DNA from: Neovahlkampfia damariscottae | Taxonomy: Eukaryota | NCBI GenBank assembly: GCA_016618085.1 | Contig: JABLTG010000018.1 | Coordinates: 1-64,000, forward strand | Length of the DNA stretch: 64,000 bases | Direction of reading: 5' to 3' | Shown: positions 40,738 to 55,682 of the stretch, piece by piece | Layout of the letters: every line of letters begins with the position of its first letter | Numbering within the stretch: position 1 is the stretch's first letter | The notes under the pieces: generated by a model | The model's database searches: none | The model's input: the letters and a program-made list of their open reading frames with translations, nothing else | Told to the model about the DNA's origin: nothing | Program-made: the position numbers and the translations under genes

Positions 40738-41242
40738 TTACTGAGTTTTACACTTATCATTACTGTGTGTCGGCGCTTCTTTATTTTGTTTTGTCAGTTT
40801 TCCGGAGTTTTCCAGAAAATCTTCTGCTCCAAAAACCAAAACTTCGAATTCTCCTCCAAACTGTACGCTATGTGCTAATGTTAACTTTTAAAAACAATTT
40901 AATTTTTAAATTTAAAATACTGCTTCTTTAACTCCTCCTTTTTTATTAAATTCGACAATGGCAGAAGAAAAAACTAAAGCTCCACTACGAAAACTGATTT
41001 TGTTAAAATAAATTGAAAAAATAATTAAATTACAGCTCTATCGATTTAACACCACCACCACATTTCGCAAAGAATTTTTTAATTTCTTTTTCTTCCACAA
41101 CAAAAGGTAATTCAAGACAAACAATAACTTTTTGTAATGCTCCTTTACTCTCATCTTGTAGTGCTTGTAATTTCTCTTTTAAGAGTGCTGATCATAATTT
41201 AAATACAGAAAAAGTCAAGTTACCTTTAGTAGTTGTTGACAT
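40738..41242 (-). CDS. Small single-RRM protein ending in a CaaX-like CKTQ (3 introns; absent from the ORF track)
   Basis: Spliced ORF MSTTTKA...IVCLELPFVVEEKEIKKFFAKCGGVKSIEL...SAIVEFNKKGGVKEAL...DKCKTQ*. Confidence 0.65.
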
Positions 41243-41412
41243 CGGTGTATTAGAAAAGAATGAGTAAAATGATTGGTTGAATCCAATGACCAATTAAATT
41301 GTGTAACGGTCACCAATGAAGTTATGTCATGTCTTTCAAAATTATTCATTTTTTTTGATTCTTTACTGATTTGGTTTCAAAGTGAGAATATTTTAGAGAA
41401 TAGAAGATATTT

Positions 41413-42805
41413 TTATTTCCTTCTTCTCAGGGTTTTTGGTTGAAAGTCTTTTGAAACAACAATTTGAATTTTACTTGGAATGCATTTGAATGTTGCAGGT
41501 AATTTTCCAATTAATTCACCATCTGTCTCAACAGGAACATCTATTAAAAAAAGGTTATAAAGTGTTTGGAACAAATACCTCCTTCTGAATTTGGTGCTGT
41601 AACTTCAACTACTTCAACCAATTCTTTAAGAGAAACTTTGTCAAGGCTTAAATGAGTTCCTGTCTTCAATTCTTCAACAATTTTTAAGAGTTCCAAAAAT
41701 GAAATGTCTCCAAATTCCAAAAGGTTGAATTTTCCATCATTTACCTGAAGTGTAAGTTTTTATGATTTTTTTTATTTACTATTCCACCAGGATTAGCCCA
41801 TAAATTATTGCCATAGTATTGGCCATTGTGTACTGAAAGGGTATAAGACTAAAAATATTATTGTCAATCATCATTTCCAAATTACCTTGATATCTTTTTG
41901 AATTTTGTTATCCATATTTAAATGTAAGTTTGTATTTTTGGTGAATAAACTAGTTGCCAAAGTATGATATGTGTATGTAATTTCTGGATTAATGATCATC
42001 ATGGACTTGTTTACATTTTGCATCTTATTAAATACATTTAGATATATTTTTATATCTTACAATTTTACCACTTGCACCCATACTTGATTCTATATTTTTT
42101 TTAGAAAGTTGAAAAATTACCATTCAAAAAATACTTTTTGATTTTATTATTTGATTCAAATTCAGTCACTTCTACTTCACCAACATCACATGGTATTATA
42201 TATGCATTTGCTAAACAATCAATAACTTTTTCCATGTTATCAATTGACAAGTCAAGTGTCCTTTCCCAATCACAACCAGAACCAAAAGGAATAAAACCAA
42301 CTGCAAAGTCTTGAACACTTTCATTCTCATTCAAAAATTCCATGATTCCATTAATTACTTCATTATTTGTTCCATCCCCACCTACTGAAATTAAATAATC
42401 GTACCCTTGTGACAAATATTTCTTTGCAAGTCTAATGGCATCACCTTTTTTCTTTGTTTCATAAAAGCATTGTTCACCTTGTGCAAAATTTTGTTTTATC
42501 AACGGATAAACTTTTTTGCCAAAAGTTTTGCCTGACTTTCCTTTTCCTGCTGTTGGATTGATAATAAAACCAACCTTTGAATATTCAAATTTTTTTGGTT
42601 CACATAATTTCTTTTTCTTATCTTTTGACACTTTTGGAGCTGAAGAGTTTTCAATTTCTTGTGTGGCATCTATTTCAATTTGTCTCATCGTTTTGGTCTC
42701 CTCTTCTTCATCAGAGGTTTGTACTGCCAATTGTTCATTGTCCAAAGAAATTTCTTCTTCAACTGGCCTTTCTGAATGTACTTGAGGCTCTTCGGTTAGG
42801 TTCAT
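41413..42805 (-). CDS. Diacylglycerol/sphingosine kinase catalytic-domain (DAGKc, YegS-like) protein, multi-intron
   Basis: NPTAGKG, VGGDGT.NEV.NG, PFGSG.D, NGQYYG and ETDGE motifs. Confidence 0.85.
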
Positions 42806-43003
42806 TGGTAAATTAATTCGCCAATGAAAATTATCTCTAGTTTAATCCGCCAATGGAAATACTGTGCCTTATTTTGATGTCTAATTTTTGACAGTGAACT
42901 TTTTCAAAAATGGGTTTCTATTAGGTTAATTTAAACAATCAAATTTTCGAATCTTCCAAAAAAATTGACAAAAAAGAAACAACATTTTCCTCCAATCAAA
43001 AAA

Positions 43004-44739
43004 ATGTCTCAATCAAACAACGGTAAAATTCTTATATTCTTGTACTAATTTATAGACCCCTCTTTGTTAGGCTGGCTTGAAATATATGATGAAGAAAATG
43101 ATAGAAATTATTATTTCAATCCTGAAACTCAAGAAAGCAGTTGGTATCATCCACAAGAACAATTACAACAATGTCAGGTTATAAACGAAGATGAAACGAA
43201 TGTACAACACCAAAATATAAAAGAAGAAATGGAAATATATGATACAGAAACAAAACAAAAAGTTGAAAATCAATCTGATGAACAAATCCAAACTGAAGTA
43301 GAAGTGTTAAAAAAAGAAACAATTGAAGAAAACTTTACTGAAACAGAAGAAAATCAAAAAACAAAAGAAGAAGAAATTGATTTAGAAAATCAAAAATTAA
43401 AAGATGATATTAAAAATGAACTTATAAAAACAGAAAAAAAATTTTTGGATGATTTAAATGTATTTGTGGTGGTACATTGAAAATATAAAACTCAACATAT
43501 CTTTCTTAGGAATATTATATGAATTTTTCACAAAATCCAAAAATAGTTTCTGAAAAGACTACCAAATCAATCTTTAGTACTATTAAATTAATTTATTCAA
43601 TTCATTCAACTTTATTACTTGATTTAGATAAATTACAAACATCAAATAATGATAATGAAACTATTGGAAAAATATTTTTAAAGTTTTCACCATATTTAAA
43701 ATCATATTCAGATTATATGAATTATATGGAAGAAACTATTCAATTGATAAAGGATTTACAAAGTAATGATAAGAAATTTCGACAATTTTATGATAAATTA
43801 GAAAAGAAATATAAACAAAAATTGAATTCATATTCTGTATTTTTAATGATGCCAATAAGTCGTTTACAAAAATATGAAGTATTTTTAAGAAAAACATTAG
43901 ATATTGAAAAGAATGAAGAAGAATGTAAAGATTTAAATTCATCAAGAAATTCAATTTTAAATGTACAAGAAGAAATGAATAATAAATTAAAAGAACATGA
44001 AGGAAAAAAGAAATTAATTGAAATACAAAAAAGAATAGATCATCATCATCATGGTAGTACTAATAATGCACCATTAACACCTTCAACACCTTTATCACCA
44101 TTAAGTTCTCCTTTACCAAAAAAGAAATCGAGAATGTCATTTCCATTAAAAACTAGAACAAGTTCAAGTAATTTTAAATCATCCAATCAACTACAACAAA
44201 ATCAACAAAATCAAATTATTGATACAAATATTATTCAACCTTATAGAAATTATATTCTTCATGCAGATTTAAAATTAATTCCTGATTACGGTATTGAATC
44301 AAAAAAAGGAGAAATTAGACAAATCTATTTATTTTCAGATTCAATTATGATTTGTGAAGAAGATGAAAAATTAAATTTAAAATTTGAAGAACTAACATCT
44401 TTAATTACTGTACCATTACCTTGGACAAGAGATATTTCAGTTTCAATATTTCAATTAATTACAAAATCAAAGACTTATACTTTTGATGCAAAAGAAGAAG
44501 ACGAAAAACATCATTGGATGAATGAAATTAATAAAGTTATAGATGATTTAATTCAAAATGGAAATAATGATATGAAGGATCATATTAATCAAAAATCAAA
44601 ACCAACTTATAATCCTGCTCTTTTAAAAGATAGATCAAAAAGACATTCAACTATTGACGAAAATAAAATTAGATTAGAATTCCTTTTAGAAGATATTTTA
44701 GATCAAATTAAAGATTATTCAAAAATAAATGGTATTTAA
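43004..44739 (+). CDS. WW + RhoGEF (DH-PH) protein (2 introns)
   Basis: W...YYFN..T.ESSW.HP; EL.KTE..F; LMMPISRL.KY; C-terminal PH-like region. Confidence 0.85.
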
Positions 44740-44765
44740 TGATGATACATCAAGAATTAGATGAT

Positions 44766-45075
44766 TTATTTCTTTTTAAAAGTCCATGACACTTTTAATT
44801 CTTGTTCTCTATATTCTTTAGAATTCATTTCTTTTATTGCTATTTCTCCTTCTTCTTTAGTTTTATATTCAATAAATGCGTATCCTTTTGCGTGTCCAGA
44901 TTCATGATCTAAATTTAAATTTAAATTTAAAATTTCGCCAAAATCTGAAAATATGTCAAAAATATCCTCTTCATTCGCTTCTTCATGTATATTTCGTACA
45001 AGTATTATCCATCCTTCCACAGCTAAATTTGAATTAGAGATTTTTTTTTTTACATTTTATTGGTTCTTCTTGCAT
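44766..45075 (-). CDS. RBM8A: Exon junction complex subunit Y14 (1 intron)
   Basis: SVEGWII.V.NIHEEA.EED...LNLD..SG.AKGYA. Confidence 0.85.
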
Positions 45076-45154
45076 TTGTTGTGTGAAATAAAAAAAGAAT
45101 GGAAAAAGTTGATTGGCGAAAAGTAGAGAAGAGAATTATATGGAACTAAAAATA

Positions 45155-45610
45155 TTATTTCAATTCTCTTCTGAATTGTTGTTCTAAATTTTGAAAATCT
45201 TGTTGTAAACCCAACAAACTATTTTCAAATGCATCTCTTGGTGTACTGTGATCTTTTGTTTGTATTTTAATTTCAATTGAATATGTTAAAGGATGAGGTA
45301 CTCTGTAACCTATTTTAATTTAATTTAAAGACGAAATGTTTTTTACCTGCAAATAAAACTGATTTATCGTCTAATAATTTCATTCTAATTAAATTTCCAA
45401 GAGTATGGTCCTCTAAATATAATTAGACTTGAATAAATAAATATACCTTTTGAGATTACAAATGTTGAAGCATTTTTAATTTTTGATGATACTTCTTCAG
45501 TCAATCTTTGTTTCATTAAATATTTAATTATTTTACTTTATGTCACCTGGTTGATCAAACAACTCTTCTACTACATCAGGAATATTTGCACTGACATTGG
45601 AAACACTCAT
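45155..45610 (-). CDS. RPB11: RNA polymerase II subunit RPB11 (3 introns; absent from the ORF track)
   Basis: Spliced KEDHTLGNLIR...VLFAGYRVPHPL. Confidence 0.9.
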
Positions 45611-45770
45611 TGTGAAAACAAAAAATGAAAAAAATGGATTTAATTGGATGACTTATGTAATTAAAAAAAATTAAATTTTTAAAATTGTTCGTTTCAAATT
45701 TGTAAATTAAACTTCAGAGTCAGTTTAGGACAGAAAAATATCCAATCAAACTGCGCCACGATAAACCAGA

Positions 45771-47601
45771 ATGAGCAGGTTTTCTTTGCAGTCTTCAAAG
45801 AAACCAAATTCAAGAAATCGAATGAGTAAAGTTGGTCAGTTGAGGGCCAAGTTTGAAGTCACTAATTTCGAAGAAATGGAGACAGTAGAAGATTTTGAAG
45901 AATTTGAGGAGATTACTTCACCAATACTATCTCCAAAACAAAGTTCCAGATCAGAAGAAGACGTTGATGTTAATCATGGACACTGGGTAATTATAACCTT
46001 AATTTAAAATATTTTCGAAAAAAGGAAGAAATGAAATTTCCGAAAGTACAAAAAAACTACAATTCATTTTTTAAAAGGAGTTATTGAAAATACCTGGGAA
46101 TAATAAGTGTGCGGATTGTGATGCACCAGATCCTAAATGGACATCCATTAATTTAGGTATTTTAATTTGTAATAATTGTGCTGCTTGTCATAAAAAGTTA
46201 GATTCCGAAATATCAATATTACAACCAGTAGTTGATACAAGATGGACAATGAATTCTTTGGAAGTCATACAAGAAAAGGGAAATATTGCTTCAAATGAAG
46301 AATTTGAATTTGATTTAAAAAATTTTAAAAAACCAAATGAACAATCAAAAATGTAAAACTAGAAATATTGAATTCATTATTTTAGAGATGAAAGACAGAA
46401 ATATATAGAGCACAAATATCAAAAACTATCATTTACTAAATATAATAAAAATAAAAAAATTGAACAAGAAGAAGAAGAAGAAGAAGAAAAAGAAGAGAAA
46501 TGGGAAGAAATTAAATTTCCACAAGTAAAGATAAAATATTAGATATTAATTATTTTTTTTTTAAAAGGAATTATTTGAAATACCTGGAAATGATAAATGT
46601 GCTGATTGTAATGCACCAAATCCAAAATGGGCTTCAACTAATCTAGGAGTATTAATATGTCTAAAATGTTCAGGTAATATTGTAAAAATTGAATCATATT
46701 CTTTAAGGTTGTCATCGAAATATGGGATCTCATATATCAAAATTACAATCAACTATTTTAGATACAAAATGGACAAAGAAATCATTAAAAATGATTGAAA
46801 AAAAAGGAAATATAATAGTGAATAATGAATTAGAATATGATTTAAAAAATGTAATAAAACCAACAGAAGATTCAATGTCGTAAATTATTTTTTTAACATT
46901 TTTTAACAAATATTCAAAAAAGAGATGAAAGACAAATTTTTATTGAACAAAAATATAAAGAATTATTGTTTGCTAAAGGATATAAAAAAGTACATCATAT
47001 AATTCTTGATGAAGATTTAGAGGATAGAATTTCAAGATCAAATTCTTTACCTTCACTTTTAAGTCCTAAATCATCATCACCTTTAACATCAATAAAAAGA
47101 AAAGATACAAAAATGGGATCATTAAATAATTCACAAATTGGAATGGTTGAATATACAGGAATGATAAAAATAACAATAATAGGTGCAAGGAAATTACCAG
47201 CTTCAGGGTAAAATATGAATATCATGATTAAATCTATTTTTAGAATGAATAATTTAGATCCATATTTTGTATTTCAATTAGGTGAACAAAAAATTAAAAG
47301 TCAAATTATACATAAGAGTTTAAATCCATATTTTTCATTTGAAGAATTAATGGTTTGTGTTGATGATAAAAATCATGATTTATTTATTTCATGTTTTAAT
47401 GATTCTGCAGTTAAAAATGATAAATTAGTTTGTGATGCTAATTATTCAATTACAGATGTTTACAACAAACCAAATGAATCAAAAAGAATATCTATTCAAT
47501 TACAAAGAAGAACATCAAATACATTTAAATTGTTTAATAAGAAAACATTAAATGAAACTAAATTAGATTTAATGTTGGAATATAATCCATTTGAACATTA
47601 A
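45771..47601 (+). CDS. Protein with two ArfGAP domains and a C2 domain, multi-intron
   Basis: Two PGN.KCADC.AP.P.W.S.NLG..IC..C motifs; C-terminal C2 (GARKLP, DPYF, KSLNP). Confidence 0.85.
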
Positions 47602-48840
47602 TTATTTTTTCATTTTTTTTATTTTCTCTTCATTTTCATTTTCAATTTTTCTTTTTTTTGTTTCTTCTTCACTCTTTTTTGTTATTTCTTCCATTAATTC
47701 TTCATTCTTTTTCATTTTTTCATCTTCCAATAATTTTTCTTCATTTAAAAATTTCATTATTTTTGATCCAAATTTTCCCCATTCTTTTTTTTTCATATCC
47801 AATTCTATTTTTAAATTTTCTTCTGAAAATGAAATATTTCTTTGATTCATTTTTAAAATTGCTTCTTTTACAATTCCCTTCATATTTTGATCAAATGTTT
47901 TCCAATGAACTTCTTCAATATCTTTTGGTTTAATTTTATACATTATTCTATCCAAAAGAAACTAAAAAAAAACTATTAAATCTATTCAATATTTTACATT
48001 ATCTTCATTCAATAAATATAAAACATATCCTTCTGTTATAAAATGATCATATTCATATTTGATTGATAATTCATTATCTTTTCTATATTTCTCATTCAAT
48101 TCAAATGAATTATTTTGAAATGATTCAATATCTTTTATTAATTCTGTATATTTATAATTCTTAATTTCATCTTTTTCTTCTTTTATTATTGGTTTAATTC
48201 TTCCATCACTTTTAGTTTTAAATAGTGGTTTTAAATCAATATCAAAATTATATTTAACTAAATGTGGTTCTAATTTACCACATAACTCAAAACTGAAAGA
48301 TTGAAATGATTCATTTTCATTTTCATTTTTCATAAATTCGATGATTTTCTTTTCTTCAAATACTTGCAAAGTCAAATCTAAAAAGTTGCCAAATTTAGAA
48401 TTTCCTAATGTGTAGTGTCCTTTTATTTAATTGAAATGAATTTTATTACCTTTAGTTTTAGCAGTATAATATTCATTTTGTTGATTATCAATATATTTAT
48501 AAACTAAAATATTGGTTCCATTCCATTTATTCATAAAACAATACTTTTTAGTTGTTTTAAATGAATTAGCATTTAAAATTTCATTCTTTTCTTGATTTTT
48601 ATACTTTACATAATATATTTAATGTATCTATTATTCTAACTGGATATTTTAAGTTTGGTATTGCATAAATCTTTTGAGGATTTTTTAAGAGTTCATTGTT
48701 GATTTTATAAATAAATAAAGAACTTTCAAATGAACCTCTTTTCTTACAAACGAATCCTTCAAGTTTGTTCTTTTAATTTTAATATTAAATATTCTATTTA
48801 CTTTTGTATTGAAAGGATCTTCAAATTCAAATTTCTCCAT
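47602..48840 (-). CDS. Hypothetical protein, multi-intron
   Basis: ATG at 48840; ORFs 47986-48375 and 47602-47955 are separated by short GT-AG introns; no family recognised. Confidence 0.5.
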
Positions 48841-49093
48841 TTGTTTTGCTTTACAACCAAAAAATTTTAATGCTCTATATAATTTAATTAAAAGAATTGT
48901 TACTCATCCTCCATCATTATGGTCTCAACAAAAGTTTGATAACAAAGACCAATCAAAAAGTAGCACCTTTTTTTTTTAAATGAAAAGAAATAATTTTTCT
49001 GAACTGAATTTTTTCTTCATAAATTTAAATGAAGTTCAATTCCAAAGTCCAATCAAAACAAAAGAACATAATTTGGAGAAGAACCAAAAACTA

Positions 49094-49348
49094 ATGAGTT
49101 CGTTAAATCTTTTTGGATTTTCCACTCTGGCTGTATCATTCATCATAGGCTATTCAACAAATTATTTATTTTCTAATTTTCAACAACAAAAACAAAAAGA
49201 AGAGATTGATTCTCTCCAAAATCAAGTTGAAGATTTGAAAAAAGAAATTTCTCATTTGAAAAAAGAGATAACACATAAAAATATTGAAAAACTAGAAATA
49301 AAAGAGGATCCACTTGTTGATAAAATAAAATTAGAAATTAATTTTTGA
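49094..49348 (+). CDS. Small single-TM coiled-coil protein
   Basis: MSSLNLFGFSTLAVSFIIGY hydrophobic segment, then a coiled coil; CCAATCA upstream. Confidence 0.5.
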   Translation: MSSLNLFGFSTLAVSFIIGYSTNYLFSNFQQQKQKEEIDSLQNQVEDLKKEISHLKKEITHKNIEKLEIKEDPLVDKIKLEINF

Positions 49349-49444
49349 TGTTTCCAAAATTTAATTTTTGTTCTATTGGTCAATAAGTTGATTGATGAAA
49401 ATTATTGGTCAATTCCCCACACTTTTTTTTTTCAAATCCAAACG

Positions 49445-50910
<1,466 letters not shown>

Positions 50911-50939
50911 ATTTGAAATAAAAAAAAATATTATTATTT

Positions 50940-52986
50940 CTAAAAGTTTGCTGATAAATTTCTAATTAGAGATGAACTTAATATTTGTAAATCCATTTTA
51001 AATTCATTTTCAAAATCATCATCATTCATTAAATCATCTAAACAATTTAATAAAAAGTAAGTTTGTTTTTCATTAAAATAATTTTCTTTTTGATTTAATA
51101 ATTTTAAAGATTGAAATAATATTTTCAACCAAATTGATTTTGGTGAAAAAGAAGGTTGTAATAATTGAATAATTAAATTAGATGACATTTCAAAATTTAA
51201 TTGTTTTAATGAATTTAATAAATCTAAATATTTTGAAATGAATAAAAATTTTGAATTTTGATTTTGTTCAAATAAGATATTTAAATCATTTAAAATTAAT
51301 TCAATTTCTTTTTCATTTAAATTTTTAAAAAGATAATTTAATATTTTTGGTATTTCTTTTTCTTTTTTTGATTTTAATAAATGTAAAATTGAATTTGAAT
51401 ATTCTTGTTTTTTAAATTTTATTTTTGACCAATCAAAATGTAATTCTAATTTTAATTCATTTAATTCATTCTTTTCACAAAAATTTAAAATTTTAATTAA
51501 TTGAAATTCTGATTCAATTTTAATTTTATTTTTTATAAATTTAATCAAAATTTCTTTTTTTTCATTTTCTTCACTTTCAAAATGTGATAAATAAGATAAT
51601 GATAAATTAAAATATTTTAAATAATTATTTGAATAAATTAAAATTAAATCATTTCTAATTTGTTTTAAATCTTCAATTTGATATTCATCTTCTTCTTCTT
51701 GTTGTTGATTTGTACCTAATCCATAATCATATGACATCCTTTGACCAAGTGCTCTAAACCCACTTGATACATTTGACATTTGTCCTTTTCCTTGATTATA
51801 GGTTTTATTATTTATTTCATAATCAAATTCACACATTTTTGAATTATAAATTAAATCAATAAAATGTAAATTAAACCAAATATCATTTTCAAATAATTCA
51901 TTTATAATTTTCATTGATATATTTAATTTTTCAATATAAAAAATAGATAAATAAATTAAATCAAAATTATCTAAATTTTGATTTTTATTCATATCTTGTA
52001 AACATTCTTCAATTAAATCTAAAAAATTATTCATTGAATAATTATTCGTTTGATGAATTAATTTTGAAATTAATAAATCTAACCAATTTAATTTTAATTT
52101 TGATATTAAATCTATAATTATTTTATCATTTCCATTTAATATTTTTAATATTTTTAAAATATTTTCATCATTTTCATCTTCAAATAGTTCAATTACTTTT
52201 GATAAATCATTCTTCCAATCTTTATTATTTTTATAATAATCATTATAATCACTATTATTTAATAAAAATGGTTTGCTCAATAATAATTGTTGAACAATGG
52301 AATATATTTCAATTTTATCTTCAGGTACATTTTTGAAATATGATTCTAATAAAGTTGATACTTCTTTTGATCTTCCTTGTAAAATTAAATGAAACAAAAA
52401 ATTCCAATATTTTTCATTCTCTACATCTTCTTTTTCAAGTAGATTACGAAATTCTTCAACATTGTCTGGTGATGAATACAATTTACTCCATTCCATTAAC
52501 TATAAAATATAAGTTGAATAAATATGATACTCTTGGAACAATATGTGATTCATTTAAATGAATACATTCAACTAAATGAATTAGTTGTTTTTGATATTGA
52601 AGCATAACATATTTTTTGTCCGACTTTTGAAAGTTATCTTGATAAATTTGAATAATAGCACGATAGTATTTTGAACTTTCTAATATTTCTTCTTTTTTTT
52701 GGATAACTTCAAATATAGACGAACTTTCAAAAATTAATTTTTTTTTTGGTTCTGTAATTTCTTCAAAATTATTTTTTTCATTTGAATTAGTTTCGTTAAA
52801 TTTATCAAAGCCATTTTGAAATTTATTAGAGCTATTCAAGTCAACAACTGTTTCTTCGTACATTTCGTCTTCATCACTTTGAAAGTTATCAGAAAATAAT
52901 ATTTACCTTTCATTGAATGATTCAGTAACTTCTGAATTAGTAAGGTCAAATCCAATTGGAATTGTTTGTTCGTCAAAGCTGAACAT
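50940..52986 (-). CDS. NUP85: Nucleoporin Nup85-like (2 introns)
   Basis: YW.....LILQGR, WF.LH..DL and P..IW..IL helical patterns. Confidence 0.6.
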
Positions 52987-53218
52987 TGGTAAAAATGATT
53001 TGATTGGAATAAACAATGGAATTCATTGGTTCATAAAAAAATTGAATCCAATTTCCAAATTTTACACATTTTTCTCAATCTCCTTTTGAATCTTCAATTT
53101 TGTTTCATTTTTAGTTTTTTTATCCAACCAATTTTGTATCGGAAAATTCTCAACCAATCAAACAATAGTTCTAACTGAAGTTGATACATCGCTTGAGTTG
53201 AATTTATTGCGCGGATTG

Positions 53219-55662
53219 ATGAACTGGGAGAGTAGAGTGTTAGGAAATATATGGAATTTAAATTCCGAAGATAATTTAAGTCGTATAAACCATTCTGGAT
53301 GTATCATTTCAAAAGTATTATACATTTTTGGTGGTACAACTGAAACTGGTGATAATAAAGAAGAAATTACAAATACAATGATAAAATATTTTCTGAATTC
53401 AGGTGAATATGAAATATTAGAAAATGAAAGTTATCCATTTTTGAGTTTTCATTCTTGCAAGTTTGTTCAAACAAAAAAAATTAAAAAAAAAAAAAAGTTA
53501 TTATGAAGAGGAGAAAGCAATTTATTTTTTTGGTGGAATAGATGGATTTGAAAAACCACAAAATCATTTATACAAATTTGATTTAAAAAACGAAACATTT
53601 GAAAAAGTACCACCAAAAGGAACAGCACCAAAGCCAAGATATGGTCATACAACAACATTAGTAAATGGATATGAATTATACATTATTGGTGGAACTGATG
53701 GTTCAACATATTTTAACGATATTCATATTTTTGATTTAAAAACTAAACAATTTCATCATATTGATTATAAAGGTAATTTTATAGCAAGAGCACATCATAC
53801 AACTATATTATATGAAATGAATCTTTTTATTTTTGGAGGTGGAAATGATAATAAAATATTTAATGATATACAATGTATTGATATAGGTAGGTTAATAGAA
53901 TATTTAAAAAAAAAAACAGCTCAAATGAAAAATCAACAAATTCAACCAACTTCAAGTTTTAACAAAATTTTTCTCTAACTTTATTCACCATAGATGGTAT
54001 TACACCAACACAAAAAATGAGTCATTCATCAGAGATTATTGGTAATAAAATGATTGTTTTTGGAGGACAAGGAAAGTTCTTTACAAATGAAGTATAATAT
54101 ATTTCTTTTTTTAAAAAAACATATTTATTAAGGTATTAGGTAAAGAAGATTTGAATTAATCATTTCAAATAGTATTTGATTTAGAAACATTCATTTGGGA
54201 GAAAATACCAATAAAAGATAATGAACATGCACCACCACCTTTATTTGGACATGTAATGATTTGTTCATCTTCATCAAAATTATGTTGGATATTTGGTGGT
54301 AAAAATATTCAAAATTTTTCAGATGATAAAATATTTTGTTTAGATACAGCATATCAAAATATAGAACCTATTGAAATACCTAAATCAACATTACCACGTG
54401 ATTTATTATTTATGATCAATAATGAAGATTTTAAAGATATTTCATTTGAAGTTGAAAATGATGAAATTATACATGCAAATAGAGCTATATTTAGATTTAG
54501 ATGTCCTTTATTACATAAAATATGTGTTAAATTACAATATTTAGATGAAATTAATTTTCAAATTATTTTATCAATGATTTTAAAGAAAGAATATACAGAT
54601 ATAGTTTATTATAAAACTTTATCATCATTTTTAGAATTCATTTATAGTGATATGATTGTTGATTTAAATGATTTAAATGAAAAAGAATTTGAACAATTAA
54701 TTTATTTTTCTGATATTTTTAATTTAAAAAGATTAAATTCAATTTTATTAGATGAAGAAGAAATGGAAGATATATTAATACCACCACCAACTATTCAAGA
54801 AGATTTATTTAAATTATATAATTTAGCACAAGAATTAGATGAACAAATATTATTAATTGGTACATCTGATAATGATACTAATCTCAAATCTAAACCCAGT
54901 GACAATAACACTACCAAACTCAGTGACAACAATAACGAAAACATGATATTAAATACACCAATTTCACCATATTTAAAGAATCAAATTTCATTAAATTCAT
55001 CACCATATTATTCATCAAATAAACCATTAATAACTACTACTAATGAAAATGTATCTAGTATTTCAACAACAAGTACTAATTTTTCATCACCTGAATTTTG
55101 TTATTCTGATTTAACATTTAAAATTGGAAATAATGAAAATATTTATGTACATAGATTTATAATTGAATCAAGATTAAAAAATAATTCATTAGATAAATTA
55201 TTAAATGAAGAAGATTTAGAAAATATTAATCCAAATGTATTTAAAACATTTATTCAATATTTATATTTTGATCATAAAATTAATATTGATTTTGATATTT
55301 CAATTGAATTAATGATATTAGCAGAGGATTATGGATTATATAGATTATCAAAAATGTGTCAATCTGTAATTGAAAAAAAGATTTGTATTCATAATGCATC
55401 AAAAATACTTCAAATTTCTGATCATTTTGATATTATGCATTTAAGAAAATATACAATATATTTTATCATTTATCATTTTTCATCAATAAAAAAAAAATAT
55501 CATTTTAAAGAACTTGATAAAGAATTGAAAGATGAAATATTAGAATTGAAAAAAGAGTTAATATCTAATAATATAAATTCAATTCAAAAAAAGAAAAGAA
55601 AAAAAGAAAAAGATATGACAAGTTATGTAAAATCAAATTCAAAAATAAAATTAAAAAAATAA
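53219..55662 (+). CDS. Kelch repeat + two BTB domains (LZTR1-like architecture), multi-intron
   Basis: Kelch R.GH/IFGG repeats; two BTB domains (DISF.V...HA.R.I..RC; SDLTF...VHR.I..SR). Confidence 0.8.
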
Positions 55663-55682
55663 TATATATCACACAAAAATCA

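Noticed and set aside
40732..40866. TACAGTTT...AAACTGTA inverted repeat resembling a Tc1/mariner MITE
   Set aside because: Only 8 bp, and the interval is the last coding exon of the minus-strand RRM gene
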